Assembly (NCBI RefSeq): GCF_009914755.1
Contig: NC_060936.1
Direction: 5' to 3' (one strand)
Length of the DNA stretch: 64,000 nucleotides
From: the human T2T-CHM13v2.0 reference genome, Homo sapiens
Shown here: positions 1 to 14,673 of the stretch, one piece after another
How the letters are laid out: each line of letters starts with the position of its first letter
How positions within the stretch are numbered: position 1 is the stretch's first letter
Position numbers and translations under genes: made by a program
Notes under the pieces: generated by a model
Databases searched by the model: none
The model's input: only the letters and a program-made list of their open reading frames with translations
What the model was told of the DNA's origin: nothing

Positions 1-1360
1 TTTCACATAGTCCCATATTTCTTGGAGGCTTTGCTCATTTCTTTTTATTCTTTTTTCTCTAAACTTCCCTTCTCCCTTCATTTCATTCATTTCATCTTCC
101 ATTGCTGATACCCTTTCTTCAAGTTGATCACATCGGCTCCTGAGGCTTCTGCATTCTTCACGTAGTTCTTGAGCCTTGGTTTTCAGCTCCATCAGCTCCT
201 TTAAGCACTTCTCTGTATTGGTTATTCTAGTTATACATTCTTCTAAATTTTTTTCAAAGTTTTCAACTTCTTTGCCTTTGGTTTGAATGTCCTCCCATAG
301 CTCAGAGTAATTTGATCGTCTGAAGCCTTCTTCTCTCAGCTCGTCAAGGCGTTCTCCGTCCAGCTTTGTTCCGTTGCTGGTGAGGAACTGCGTTCCTTTG
401 GAGGAGGAGAGGTGCTCTGCTTTTTAGAGTTTCCAGTTTTTCTGTTCTGTTTTTTTCCCCATCTTTGTGGTTTTATCTACTTTTGGTCTTTGATGATGGT
501 GATGTACAGATGGGTTTTTGGTGTGGATGTCCTTTCTGTTTGTTAGTTTTCCTTCTAACAGACAGGACCCTCAGCTGCAGGTCTGTTGCAGTACCCTGCC
601 GTGTGAGGTGTCAATGTGCCCTTGCTGGGGGGTGCCTCCCAGTTAGGCTGCTCGGGGGTCAGGGGTCAGGGACCCACTTGAGGAGGCAGTCTGCCCGTTC
701 TCAGATCTCCAGCTGCGTGCTGGGAGAACCACTGCTCTCTTCAAAGCTGTCAGACAGGGACATTTAAGTCTGCAGAGGTTACTGCTGTCTTTTTGTCTAT
801 GCCCTGCCCCCAGAGGTGGAGCCTACAGAGGCAGGCAGTCCTCCTTGAGCTGTGGTGGGCTCCACCCAGTTCGAGCTTCCCCGCTGCTTTGTTTACCTAA
901 GCAAGCCTGGGCAATGGCGGGCGCCCCTCCCCCAGCCTCGCTGCCACCTTGCAGTTTGATCTCAGACTGCTGTGCTAGCAATCAGTGAGACTCCGTGGGC
1001 ATAGGACCCTCCGAGCCAGGTGCGGGATATAATCTCCTGGTGTGCCGTTTTTTTAAGCCCGTCAGAAAAGCACAGTATTAGGGTGGGAGTGACCCGATTT
1101 TCCAGGTGCCGTCCGTCACCCCTTTCTTTGACTAGGAAAGGGAACTCCCTGACCCCATGCGCTTCCCGAGTGAGGCAACACCTCACCCTGCTTCGGCTCG
1201 CGCACGGTGCACGCACCCACTGACCTGCGCCCACTCTCTGGCACTTCCTAGTGAGATGAACCCGGTACCTCAGATGGAAATGCAGAAATCACCCATCTTC
1301 TGCGTCGCTCAGGCTGGGAGCTGTAGACTGGAGCTGTTCCTATTTGGTCATCTTGGCTCT
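1..1360 (-). mobile_element. LINE-1 L1PA2/L1PA3-type: 5' UTR and start of ORF1; element continues off the window start
   Basis: Reverse complement matches the L1 5' UTR and ORF1 start (ATG at 462). The UTR is ~900 bp and nearly identical to that of the + strand copy at 51750. ORF1 has 7 A instead of 6 after ATGGGG (frameshift). ORF0 (ATG 914) stops at TGA 986-988. Confidence 0.95.
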
Positions 1361-1461
1361 GCAAGTCGAGACTCATTTTCTCATCGAGTATTTGGTGGAA
1401 CTGTAGTCTCTGGGGATGTTTTGAGACAAAAAATTTTATGTTCAAATAAGAAAACAAACCA

Positions 1462-1732
1462 GGCCAGTCATGGTGGTCCACACCTGTAATCTCAGAACTT
1501 TGGGAGGCCCAGGTGGGTAGATCACTTGAGCCCAGGAGTTCGAGACAAGCCTGGGCAACATGGCAAAACTCTGCCTCTACTCAAAAAAAAAAAAAAAAGG
1601 CAAAAATTAGCCAGGTGTCATGGTGTGCACCTGTAGTCCCAGCTAATCAGGAGGCTGAGGGAGCAGGAGGTTGCAGTGTCCTGAGATGGCGCCACTGCAC
1701 TCCAGCCTGGGCAAAAAAAAAAAAACAAAAAA
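1462..1732 (+). mobile_element. Alu (AluJ-like, internal deletion in right arm)
   Basis: GGCCAG..CCTGTAATCTCAG, central A-rich linker, CCACTGCACTCCAGCCTGGGC and A tail. Confidence 0.9.
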
Positions 1733-2429
1733 CATTGCATCCCACTTTGCATAATAAAGGTCTAACAAATTTTACCTTAAAAAAAAAATCTCCTTAACTT
1801 TATTTAATCCAGAGTTTCCTCCAAACTCCATGTTCACATACTAGCATTTACAACCTCCAGTACCAATGTTATGAAACATATTTTGAGAAATGCTGCTTTC
1901 TGTCTTTAGGTCTAAGAACATTCAGTTTTATTTTATTGGGATAGTACTCTTAGTGATTGTTAGATAGGTTTTAACTTCATGCTTCTAACTATCTAAATCA
2001 CCTAAAATTGTGAGTATCAGTATTTCTAAAGGAAAATACACACAGTTTTAATTATTTCAGGGAAAAAAAGTCAATAACCACTCTAAAACAAGACTTTTGG
2101 ATACTATGAGAAAATTTTCAACTAAAAAATAGATCAGATTAAATCAATTATCTAGACAGAAGAAAATACTTACTATTAAAGAACACATTAGTTTTGGTAA
2201 TTGTGTGTTGTGGGGGGTGGGATAATGTGGTAGCTCATCTCCAACGATGGCTTCCAACGAATCACATTTTCTAGCGTTTACTCCCTTCCACATTAAATCT
2301 GGGTTCACCCTGTGTATTATTTTAACTAGGAGTATGTGGAAGGTCTGTGACCAAGTCTTTGTGTTTTGGGGGTCCCTGAGCCACCATGCAGGTTCTAGTG
2401 GAGAAGCCACATGTAGAGTAGGAGAGACC

Positions 2430-2750
2430 CTGTGACTATGTAGGAAGAGAAAGAAAAAAAAAAAAGCCCCAGCTATCTGAGTATCCCAGCTGAGATGGAC
2501 AGGAGGAAGGTAGACAGAAGGCATCAGCTTTCTAAGCTTTCCTCTCAAAAGCCTAGACATGTCTGAGCCACCTTAGACACTGTAGATCAGTTGAATCATT
2601 AGATGATTGTAGCTGCAAACGGAATCACATGGAGCAGAAGAATTACCCAGCTGATCCCAGTTAACTCACAGAGTCATGAAAGGGAAAGAGTTATTTTTAA
2701 GCCACTAAATTTTGCAGTGGTTTGTTACACAGCAAAGATGACCAAAACAA
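2430..2750 (+). mobile_element. MaLR LTR fragment (MLT1-type)
   Basis: Typical MLT1 3' end TTTAAGCCACTAAATTTTG..GGTTTGTTACACAGCAA..AAAACA. Confidence 0.65.
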
Positions 2751-5700
2751 GCAGCTAATATGGAGGAGTGTGCAGAAAAGTATTCAAATGGCTTGCTCTT
2801 CATTTTCTTTTCCTAAACACTAGTTGAATGCATTTAAAATTTGTTCTCAGATTCCCTCTGATAATTCTATGCTGATTGAATTTATAAGATCTTAAAAGGG
2901 TAAAAATATCACAAAAATAGCTTGTTGAGATCCTGCAGAAAAACATGTTTTATAGCCACACTCATGCTTTGTGTCAGAACTTTTCTCCTTCAGAGAAAAT
3001 TGCTAACATTATCTAAAAAGAGAGTTTTTTCAGTTCCGACTTCGCTTTTAAGTTTTAAAAATAATAAAACATTAAAAAGATGAACATAAAAAACAAGCTG
3101 TATGTTTAATGAGGAAAAATTATTACTGTATCATTATCATAGACATTTCCAGGTCAGCTTCTGGATTTTTTTCTCTGATGATGATTCTCATTTTAAAAGT
3201 GATGAAAATGAGAGATGAAACTATAGTTCACAAGCGGCTTTTTCAGTGTGAGAAATTGAAGGAACGCGGGGCAGAGAATAAGGTCTCACAAGATGGGAGT
3301 GTGGTACCCAAGGGCTAGGTGGCATAAAAAGAGAACAAGAGATTTTGTTTGCTTGGTTTTTGTAATTGCTATACATATGAGACTTTGATAAGAGTGATAC
3401 CAAGACAAGACATCTAGGAAGTTTCTGGATAGTGAATGCATGATACAAAATGCCAATATTTTGCCAATAGTAAAAATATATAAGTTTTTTCTCAAGTTAT
3501 GCAGGCAAACTGGTGTTTCCTGTGACTGTGACTCTGTAAAGACATTGGGTCATATCCCTTAAGATTTCTAGGATTACACATGAAAAGTCATCATCAAATC
3601 AATTAAAAATGATTTATAAGACACTATTTTTAAGTATTGTGTGGGGACAGAGAGAGTGTAAAATTGAAACATTCTTAAGTTAATGGTAATCTAGTAGGAA
3701 ACTAAGAAATATATTCTGTTATGTTCATAGATATCAGTAGAATAGGATAGCAGAATGTCATAGCTAAATGAAGACTAGGATTGAGAGCTTAGCTATTGGT
3801 AAAACTAGAAGGTTTATCACCTCTCTGACAATCAGTTTGCATGAATAAATGTGCACTGATTTGCATTTTCTAGGCAAAGAATAAGGATTTCTTTCCCTTT
3901 GTTGCTCTGCCTGGAAGAGCTCCTGATAGAGAAGAAAGGGATGAGGCCAGTGGAGGGGTGGAATGCTTTTCTCTTCTGCCTTGGCTATTGGACTGGTTTG
4001 GAGTCTCTGCTCAGTGAGTTATGAGTCAAAATTTAAAAAGCTGATTCATAAAACCTTTCCAAAATAGTAATCCCAAGTAGTGACAGGTAAGGGCCCAGTA
4101 GCAAAGTATAGAGCAGTGATGGGGAGGGTGCCACGGTGTCCACACAGTGGGCACTCACTAAATACCTAGTGAACAAACAGCCCTGGGACATTCGGACTGT
4201 TGGCTTGGGAGCTGCAGGAATACATGCCCTTGGCCTGGATGTTGCTGGGTATAGTAGGCACTGTTAATATCAGCAGCAAAGCAAAGTTCTTAAGTGGCTT
4301 AACAGGAAAAGGACAAGAGGGATGTGAAAAAGAAAAGAAAATCACATCACACAGCGACCAGAGAGATCAAGTTGTTCACAGCACATATGAGATACTTGGG
4401 AACTCAAAAGATACATACTGGCAGATGGGAGGAAGAACAGTGGAGGGAGGAGTGGATTTGCATGTACTGGCAGCTGTGGGCAGGAACAGGACATTTATTT
4501 CATGAGGATTAAAATGACTTCATTTGTATCTACTGGAGCCTAAGGATGTTTGGTTACATAAGTACAACGTAATAAGAAAAAAACTGAAAGGTTTGCTGTG
4601 CTATAGAAGCAAAGAACAAGGGTAGACAAATCCAGACAGGAAGAAAGTTTACATCTGGTTGCAGTATGGTCCTGTTTTATAATGCCATACAGGTTGGGAT
4701 GTTGGGAAGTTAGTGCCAAAGTGAAAGTGCCAGTCTTCGTGTTATTGACTTCGAGTTTCAATAAAGTGACCTCTTTTAACAGCAAACATCATGTGTTTGG
4801 AGAAAATGTTCTCCCTGGGGTGGGGTAGGAGGGATTGTCTTCATTGTGCTGAATAGCTACTGTAGTGATATAAGCTTCTGATTTATCATCTAGCCTTAAA
4901 CACTTGTCAGTGCATCCGCATGAAAATCTAGGCCAATTTAGTTTGAAGCAGAGCCCAGAAAAGTTCTTGCACAATATACATTTAAGAGGTTTTCTTTGGG
5001 CAAAAATAGTTACACCGTGAATTCTGTTCTCAAAGACATCCTTTTCTTCCAAGGTTATGTGGCAGTGACTTCACTTGGCAGTTCTATACTCTGGAACAAA
5101 ATCTGAAGCAATATAAAAGCCCAGACAAAAAAAAAAAAAAAGCCAAATCACCTTCTCAGGGAAATTAAATGCACAGATATCCTCAAGGCACCAATTAGAG
5201 AGAAACAACACTCCCTACAGTGAGAAATATCTAAACCAAACTTCTTGTGGCAACATAAACATTTTTCTTTTTGTACTGTCATATTAAAATTTATATAATG
5301 AATTTAATTTTCATAGCCATAAAATAAAGTGTGATATACTATTGGTAACTGTCTAGGAGTGTGATGCTTAAAATAGTTTAGTATGTGGATATGTGAATGA
5401 GAACCTTGTTTGGCTGGTTGTTCCTTTTATGAAACTATCCATTTCTTTTGGCATTTCACCTTCTTCCTCTTCGCTTCATTTTCCTCTTCATATTTCCCCT
5501 GGATCTATCTGAGTTACCTGACATGTGGTCCTTTGTCTTACAGAGCCATGTAACTGAAAAGCAACTGTAAATGCCTTCCACATTTGGACACAGGTTGTAC
5601 CTTCGGCTGTTGAATGCCTCTGCCTGTCCTGTTCCCTCAAAGACCTCCCTTCCCCCTGCTACCTTTGTTTCTGTGCCACCATACTTTTTTGACATAGGTT

Positions 5701-6339
5701 TCCAAGCTGCCTTTATTTTTCCATTTTGGTAGTGCAAGCTCCCAGCCTGACAAACACAACTTCACTATTAGAATCCTTAGGATTTGATGTGATTTATTCA
5801 TAGTTTCAACCTAGATGGCAACGGTCCTTTTTTTAACTCATGCCCCTCAAGTGTTTATATGACTGTCTTCAAAAAGGATTAGGTAGGAAAAGAACTGGAA
5901 TATACCTTAACATATTGCATTTGTGCTTTTGCATATATGTGCTTTATCCAAAGCTACACTTTCTTTTCATAATACGTCCTCCTGGCTGAGAGGGAAGAAA
6001 ATATATCATGGATTAAAATGCCATTTCTGGAAACTCATTTCAGACTGGCATTAAGCAAGCCAAGAAGACAGCATCTTAAAAGATTGTTAATGAGTAATAG
6101 ACTCAGTATTTATGTTGCCAGGAATGTACAGCAACCAGTCTTCATTAATCACTGATAAGCACATTAGTGAATTATATTGATGAATTGTTCAGAAAAAGAC
6201 TGGCTCCTAATGATCATTTTAAATACCATATAGAGTGAACATTTTATTTCTATGTTGACCCTAATGTCTCACTAGTATGCAGGAAAGGACCTTACACCTA
6301 AACCTGTCACAGGAGAGGGGGCAGGAGGGGAGGAGACAG

Positions 6340-6500
6340 TGTTGTAGAGTGGTTAGGCAAGGGCTCTGTGGTCAGAAATATCTGTTTTAAAAACTCAGCT
6401 GTAGAACATACTGCCTATGGGACCATGGGAAACTTATTTCACCTCTCTACGCCTCCATTTCCCCATCTATAAAAGGAGAGTAAGTTTGTTATAAAGATGA
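6340..6500 (+). mobile_element. MIR SINE
   Basis: GTGGTTAGG..GGCTCTG..GCCTCCATTTCCCCATCTATAAAA core. Confidence 0.65.
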
Positions 6501-6599
6501 TAAGCACATTAGTGAATATGTTGATGAATTGTTTGGAAGAAGACTTTCTGACTTCCAAAATGATGCATCTGGCGTAGTAAGCAGAGTGCCTGGTGGAGA

Positions 6600-7230
6600 A
6601 TCTACTTTCAAAATGGCTGGAGGCTGACATTTGTCATTCTTTTTGACTGTCCATTAACTTCACTGATTTACTATGTTTGGAAAATTCCTTATGTTATGGG
6701 CTTAATTGGGATGCAAAACCAGGGTTTCACTAACAGAACCTTCCAGAAAATACCAGATTTTTCCTTTCCCAGCCTCCCATGTGGCTTGAGTGGCCATGTG
6801 ACCTAGGCTCAGTCAATCAGACACTCATACACAGATTGAGTCAGGAGTTAAGAATCATGAAAGGGCAGGATAGGGGAATGTGTCCTGGTGATAGAGGGTG
6901 GTAGCTCTAATAGCTCATGCAGTCTGTGGGGAAGCAGAGTTGCAGTGCTGTGGAAGCTTCCAGAGTTCTAACTCTGGCAGAAGTGCTGCAAGTGCTGATA
7001 TCCAGGGTACAGCAGTGGGGGCAGCAAGTCCTCTCTGGACTGGATTTTTGACATGAAATGTGGTCCTACCTGCTGCCTTGCCTTTCTTGTTTCTGCCCAT
7101 TCTGAGTCTAGTTCCCCAGCCTTTCCAGTGATTCTGTGAACTAATGAATTTCATTTCAATAAATTCTATTTTTCCTTAAGTCAGGAAGAATTTATTTCCA
7201 TTGCTCAGCTTGAAGTATTCTGACTACAGT
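6600..7230 (+). mobile_element. ERVL-type LTR (LTR33-like)
   Basis: TTCCCAGCCTCCC..GGCCATGTGACCTAGGCTC..CAATCAGA motif and AATAAATTC..CTTAA 3' region. Confidence 0.5.
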
Positions 7231-8880
7231 GTCCATTATTGTCCATTTTTGAGCTATGTACTTTTACTGAATTCATCTGGAAACATATTCTGGAAGGACT
7301 GTTATTTTATCTTAGTTCACAAACATCATGAGGGCAGCAACTGCATTTGCCTTGTTTACCCTGTGTCCTCAGTACCCAGAAAAATATCTGGTTGTGTAGT
7401 ATATGCTTAATGAATATCGACTGACTAAATGAGTGAATTATGGGTACAGAAAGAGCAATTGCTATGACATATTCTAGTCTCCTCCCCAGAGAGGTCACAA
7501 ATCACATATAAAGCAATTATAGTCTGGTATTCCTGCTAAAAGAAAAGATACAAGGTGGGAGAATTACTACTTGACGGTTTTTGATTCACAATTCATGAGC
7601 ATTTTCTAGAGTGGAAGGGAAGAATATTCTAGATAGGAATTTCTGCACTTATAACTTTGGCTATATAGAAATAGGGAAATCAAAATATTCCCTTCTCATG
7701 ACAACTGGCTGAATGATCTCTATGAAAGACAAAATTTTTAAGCATCAAAAGGCAAATAAAACAGTGAGAAATTTCCAGGCTGATATCCAGAAGGTAAGGA
7801 TGAGCACCTCACTCGGAGCTGTTTTTGCCCTGGTGACATTTGCTGAGCCAGTAGAAGCAGCTAAGATACCCAACGGTAGTGGTGGCCTCTCAGTGCTAAG
7901 GGGGACATATAAAGTATAAGGCCCATCAAAGGCAGGATCCCAGAAATTCACCGCTTGACTTTGGGCTGGGACCTAGCGAGCACTGCCTTCTGGGTCAAAG
8001 TAAATTGGCAGGAAGTCCTCACAGTGATTACATCCCAACTTTGCGTCACTGAGCAGCCAAGGAAACCTCACACTTTGAAACTGGATTAAAGTTGTATTGG
8101 ACAGCTAGCACTCCCTCATGCCTGGCTGAGGAAAATTAAAATCCTCTCCAGAAGGTGACTTGACTTTATGCCTCAAATTATTTCTACAAATAATTTTTCA
8201 AATATACAAGTGGAACATTGGTAAAAAAAGACAACATGAGTGAGCACCAATAAAACATATCAAATAACAAAACCCCCAGGGACCACAATACTGGAATTAT
8301 CAGAAACAGAATATGAAACATGCTTAGAATATTCAGGGAGATAAAGAATGGGCATAAAATGTGTGGGAACAAAAACTATAACATTCAGTAAAACAAAAAT
8401 AGAAATTCCAACTAAAATTTACAATAAAAATTTGAAACTTAATAGATGGGTTTAGAAGCAAATTAAACACAGCTGAAGAGAAGATAGATTAGGAGAAATT
8501 ATCCAGAAAGAAGCATGAAAACACAAAAAGATGGAAAATGTAGACAAGTAAGTAAAAGACAGAGGAGAGGTGAGAGGGTTTAACATATTTTTAACTAAAA
8601 GAGATAAACAGAAATGTGGCAGAAGCAATTTAGAGGTAATGACTTAGAATTGCCCAGGACTGATGAAATATATCAATTCACCATCAGAAGCCTAACAAAT
8701 CCCAAGTATGATTTTTTTTTTTTTTTTTAAAGAAAGAAACCCAAATTCACATAGTGATTGCAGAAAACCAAAGCTGAAAAGGAGAGAGACAGATTTTCTT
8801 CAGAGGAGCAACACTTACACTAAAAACTCACTTTTCAACAGCAATCATGGAAGCTAGAAGATCGTAAAATAGCATGCTGA

Positions 8881-9206
<326 letters not shown>

Positions 9207-9971
9207 ACGACTTAGACCTTTTATCCCTTGAAAATATTCTACAAGAAAGAAGGTGAAATGAAACATATTTTCAGAAAAACAGAAACTGAGAGATTTTACA
9301 ATAAACCAATATACACTAAAGGACATTTTAAAGGTATATTTTGGGCAGAAGGAAAATTATGCCAAATGAAAGTTTAGAGATGCAAGAAGGACTGAAGGAC
9401 AAAAAAAAGTTATAAATATGTGGGTAAATCAAAATGAAAGTTAACTATATACAACAAAAATAATGTCTTGCAGCATTTGTAAAATAATATGTAAAGAGAG
9501 AATATTATATATTGCGTATAAGTGGGAAGCAAAAATGAAATCCTAAAAACTAATCAATCCATAAGAAGGCAAAAAAGATGAAGGAAAAGAATATGGAATA
9601 GTTAGCAAAACTAGAAATTGCATAATCTGAAACCAAATAATTAGTAATTATATTAAATGTAAATAGACTAAATATTCCAGTTAAAGGAAAAAATAGATTC
9701 TCAGAATATATTAAAAATAACCTAATACTCAACTGTAGGTAACTTGCAAGAGATCGATCTAAAACATGAGGATATCAAAAAACTGAAAGTAATGGAAGGA
9801 AAAAGATCTACCATGCAAGCATTAGTTAAAAGAAAGCTGGTGTAACAATATTGTGTAAGGCAGATTACTAGAGAAAAGTCAGTCACTTCATAATGGTTAA
9901 ATGTTCAATTCACCAGAAAGATGTGAGAATTTCCTATTGCTATACACTTAATAATAATAAAATGTACACAA

Positions 9972-10263
9972 GGGAACGGTGGCTCATGCCTATAATCCCA
10001 GTACTTTGGGAGGCTAAGGCAGGCAGATTGCTTGAGTCCAGGTGTTCAAGACCAGTCTGGGCAACATGGCAAAACCCCATCTCTACTAAAAATACACAAA
10101 ATTAGCCAGGTGTGGTGGCACACACCTGTGGTCCCAGATACTTGGGAGGCTAAGGGCTAAGGTGGGAGCCCCAGGAGGTCAAGGCTGCAGTGAGCCAAGA
10201 TGGTACCACTGCAGTCCAGCCTGGGCAACAGAGTGAGACCCTGACTCAAAAAAAAAAAAAAAA
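9972..10263 (+). mobile_element. Alu (AluJ-like)
   Basis: GTGGCTCATGCCTATAATCCCAG...GAGACCCTGACTC and A tail. Confidence 0.9.
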
Positions 10264-10694
10264 GTTCACAAAGCACACAAGTATCAGGAAAACTAGGCAA
10301 ATTCCCAATCACAGTAAGAAATTTTTAAATACCTTTTTCTATAATATATATAACAAGCAGATGAAAATTAGTGAAATACAGAAAATTTGAAAGCACCATT
10401 AGCAAACAACCTATTGGATGTTTTGAAAACACTGCTCTTAACAACTGTGGGACACATTCTTTTTACAAACATACAGATGACTGACAAAATTTATTACATA
10501 TTTGATATCAGAAGACTGAAATTATATAAAGTTAGTTCTCTGACTACAATGTAGTTATGCTGAAAAATTAATAACAAAGTATAAAATCTGTATGTGCTTA
10601 GAAATTAAGAAGTTTATCAATAGCTTATTAGTTAAATAAGTTATAATAAAAATTAGAAAGTATTTTCAACCAAATAACAAAATTACATAGTAAA

Positions 10695-10876
10695 TTTATT
10701 TATTTGTTTGTTTATTTTGGAGATGGAGTCATGCTGTGTCACCCAAGCTGGAGTGCAGTAGCACGATCATAACTTACTGCAGCCTCAAATTCCTGGGCTC
10801 AAGCAATCCTCCCACTTCAGCCTCCTTACTTAGGAGGAGTAGCTGAGATTACAGGTGCATGCCATCATGCCTGGCT
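10695..10876 (-). mobile_element. Alu monomer (FRAM/AluJ partial)
   Basis: (TTTA/TTTG) tail, GGAGTGCAGTAGCACGATCATAAC..CTGGGCTCAAGCAATCCTCCC. Confidence 0.85.
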
Positions 10877-11332
10877 ACATACTAAAATTCGTGGAATGCA
10901 GTCAAAGCAGTAATTCATGAAAACTACATAGCCTAAAATGCACTTTTTTTTTAAGAAAACCCCACAAGAAGTGAGCTAACCGTCCATCTTAAGTAATTAC
11001 AAAAAAGAATAGCAATATAAATTTGAGGAAAGTAGGATAAGGGCAAATTAAATAAACTGAAAATAAACGCATATTAAAAATGACAGTAAGGCAAGAAGTT
11101 TCTTCTTTGGTAAGGAAAATGAGCAATAGTACAAGTATTGACACCAAGAAGGAAAAATCAAATATTGCTATAAAACTGGCAGTTGATTAAAAGGTAATAA
11201 GGATATTATAAAAATATTATGCAAAAAAGTTGAACATTTAGATGAAATGGACATATTTGTATAAACATACAACTTACCAAAACTGAAACAACACAAAAAT
11301 AAATAGAAAATCTGTGAGCTTCTATTACTATT

Positions 11333-11699
11333 TGTCTTAATTCTTTTGTTCTCCTTTAATGAAATGCTACAGACTGGATAATTTATAAATAATAGACATT
11401 TCCCACAGTTCTGGAGGCTGGGAAGTCCAAGATCAAAGCACCAGCAAGAGCTGCTCTCTGCTTCCAAGATAGCACCTTGTCGCTGCATCCTATGGAGGGA
11501 GGAATGCTGTGTTTTCATGTGGCGGAAGGGTAAGAGAGCAAACCCATTCCCTCAAGCCCTTTTCATAGGGCCCTAATCCTATTCATGAGGCCTCTACCCT
11601 CATGACTTAATTACCTCTTAAAGGCCTCACCTCTTAATACTGTCACACTGGTGATTACATTTCATGTATTAATTTCAGGGACACATTCAAACCACAGCA
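11333..11699 (-). mobile_element. Complete MaLR solo LTR (MSTD/MSTC-like)
   Basis: TG...CA termini with a perfect 5-bp TSD CTATT (11328-11332 and 11700-11704); GGCTGGGAAGTCCAAGATCAA core. Confidence 0.9.
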
Positions 11700-12071
11700 C
11701 TATTAAGATAAATTAAATGTTTAATTCTAAAACTTTCCACAAAGATAACTACAGGTGTAGTTAGATTAAAACCAATTAAAAATAAATAAACCAATGAACA
11801 GAAATTTTTTTTCAAGGTCATCTCCAAAAGTCTTCAAGGAATGCAATTTGTGTTCTCCTAAAAGATTGCTGTCACAGGGAAAAGATACAGTAAAATAACA
11901 GACTTTGGCTACTAGGCATCTACTCTAAATTTCATTCCCTTAAAAGACATCAGATATATTTTTTTACCTGATGATAATTGCATATCTCTGAATATGTATG
12001 GGAGGGGGAGGAAGACCAAAAAGGAACTGCTGCTCTGGACTTAATTATATCAGAGAAACACTATTCTGTGA

Positions 12072-12575
<504 letters not shown>

Positions 12576-13539
12576 TAAATGGTAACATCTAAAAAGTACC
12601 AACAACATTTTCATAGCCCCATTTTGGCATTAACTCATTTTTAAATATACTTTTAAAAATGAAAGTTATCAGGACTTTGCAAATCTCTGAGGTTTTGATT
12701 GAAGAATAGGTAGGAGAGATGGGTCTCCAGCTATTTTACTTCACCTAGGTGGGCCATCATCAATAGGGCTTGGAAACCCCTGATTTTCCTATGCAATGCA
12801 GGAATTTTTCCTGTTTTACTCTCTTGGTGATGACTTTGTCGTCCACCAGCTGCCCAAGAGAGAAATATGGGAATCATCTGGACTCCTCCCTCTGGCTGAA
12901 TCTCATGCTTTCTCACATTTCTTACACTCTGCACCTTGGAACACCTGATTCTGTGTCCTGAATGAAACTACTTTTTCACTTTTGTCTGTAAGCACTTCCC
13001 ATCCTAGAACCCACATGGCCATGTTAACTTCTACTCAGCTCAGAAATTATTCCCCGCTAGGAAGCCCTGGCTGACCCGCCCTGCACCCTCATCTCCCCCG
13101 CTAGGCTGATCCCACAGCCTATACTCTTAGCTTTTAATTTTACTGATTAAAAAAAAAAAACAACTCAAAATGCATTCATTTTAGGGTTTGGACATATCTT
13201 GTCATAGAGCCCTCCACAAAAGTAAAACCAACATGCACTTCCTCCAAGAGTCTGTAAGAAAGCCCAGTTTCCCTGGAAAACATTGACTCTTATTGCCAAA
13301 AACAACAACAGCAATTTAAAGAGAATAATTAATAAGTTGTGTTTTAATCTTCAGATCTTAGATAACTAGTGATATTTAACCCATATTTTTTTCTCTTAGA
13401 GTTTTATTGCAAACAGATTTTCTGGGATGTTCAATTTTTTTCTTACTGATGTATATATAGCTCCTCATAGAGTGACATCATTTAAATGATGTTTATAATA
13501 TAATTTGTAATTGTTTCAAGTTTGACACATTATTTATCT

Positions 13540-13830
13540 CTTTCTGTGTAATGGTATCTTGTTCATTTACTGGGTTACTTGTTTATTGTCTGTCTTCCCC
13601 TCCTCGAATGTAAGTTCCATGATATTGAGAACTTACATCTATCTTGGTCACAACTACATCTCTAGCATCTAGTATAAGGCATGGCGCATGAGCAATAAAT
13701 GTTGAATGAATGAAATACATAAACACTCACTATAGGCCAGGCCCTGTGGTGGTGCTGAGGATGTAGGGGTAAAAAACAAACAACAAACAAACAAAAATCC
13801 CCTGACTTCATGACACTTAAAGCACAGTCC
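13540..13830. mobile_element. L2 LINE 3'-end fragments
   Basis: TTGTCTGTCTTCCC..GAATGTAAGTTCCATGA..AATAAATGTTGAATGAATGAA. Confidence 0.65.
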
Positions 13831-13899
13831 AGGGCTGACTTGAAGTATGTTCTTAGAACCATAAAATTATGGGCTTCAAAGCCAGTAGGATTCTTATAT

Positions 13900-14505
13900 A
13901 AAGGGGATTGAAACCAAAGGGACCAGCTTCTAACATGCACCACCACCCCCATCATCCTTGCCTCCTGGTATTCATACTTTTGTAAAATTTCTTCCCCTTG
14001 AGTGTAAGCTAGATCTAGTGACTGCCTTAAAACAAATGAAACATGACAAATATGATGGATACTACATCCAAGATTAAATTACAGATAGATTTTGATTATT
14101 TTGGTCACTCTGCCTCACTGTTTCTTGCAGAGCCTTTGTTCTGGGGGAAGCAAGTTCCCATATTGTGAGTGGCTCCATGGAGAGGGCCACCAGGCAGAGA
14201 ACTGAGTGAGGGGAGCCAATAAAGAACTGAGACCCTCAGACCAACATATCACAAGGAACTGAATTTTGCATCAACAAGATTAGGGAGTTCAGAAGCAGAT
14301 CTTCCCTCAGTCAAGCCTTCAGATGAGACCACATCCCTGGCTAATAACCTGACTGTAACCTACAGAAAGACCTTGAGCCAGAGACACCCAGCTAAGTTTC
14401 ACTCTGATTCTTGACCCACAGAAACTGTGAGATAATAAATGTTTGTTGTTTTAAGCCACTAAGTTTTGGGGTATTTGTGTTAGACAATGATAGATAATTA
14501 GTACA
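13900..14505 (+). mobile_element. MaLR LTR (MLT1E/F-like)
   Basis: CCCACAGAAACTGTGAGATAATAAATG..TTTTAAGCCACTAAGTTTTGGGG..TAGATAATTAGTACA. Confidence 0.8.
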
Positions 14506-14673
14506 CAGGCCTAGGAATTTTCTGTGTGATTTTCCCAAGTTCATGCCCACAGTAATGCAGTGGTGAGTTACATCTAGAATTCACATTACTTCCATGATTC
14601 CCCATGCTCTTATCTCCCTTTGATGTAAAAGGAATGGAAAAAGCAGCAAGCCAGTAAAAGCAGAAAAAACACC

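Noticed and set aside
465-1489. Several 67-110 aa ORFs that recur at 51729-52647
   Set aside because: Alternative frames of the L1 5' UTR; the recurrence reflects two related L1 copies, not a segmental duplication.
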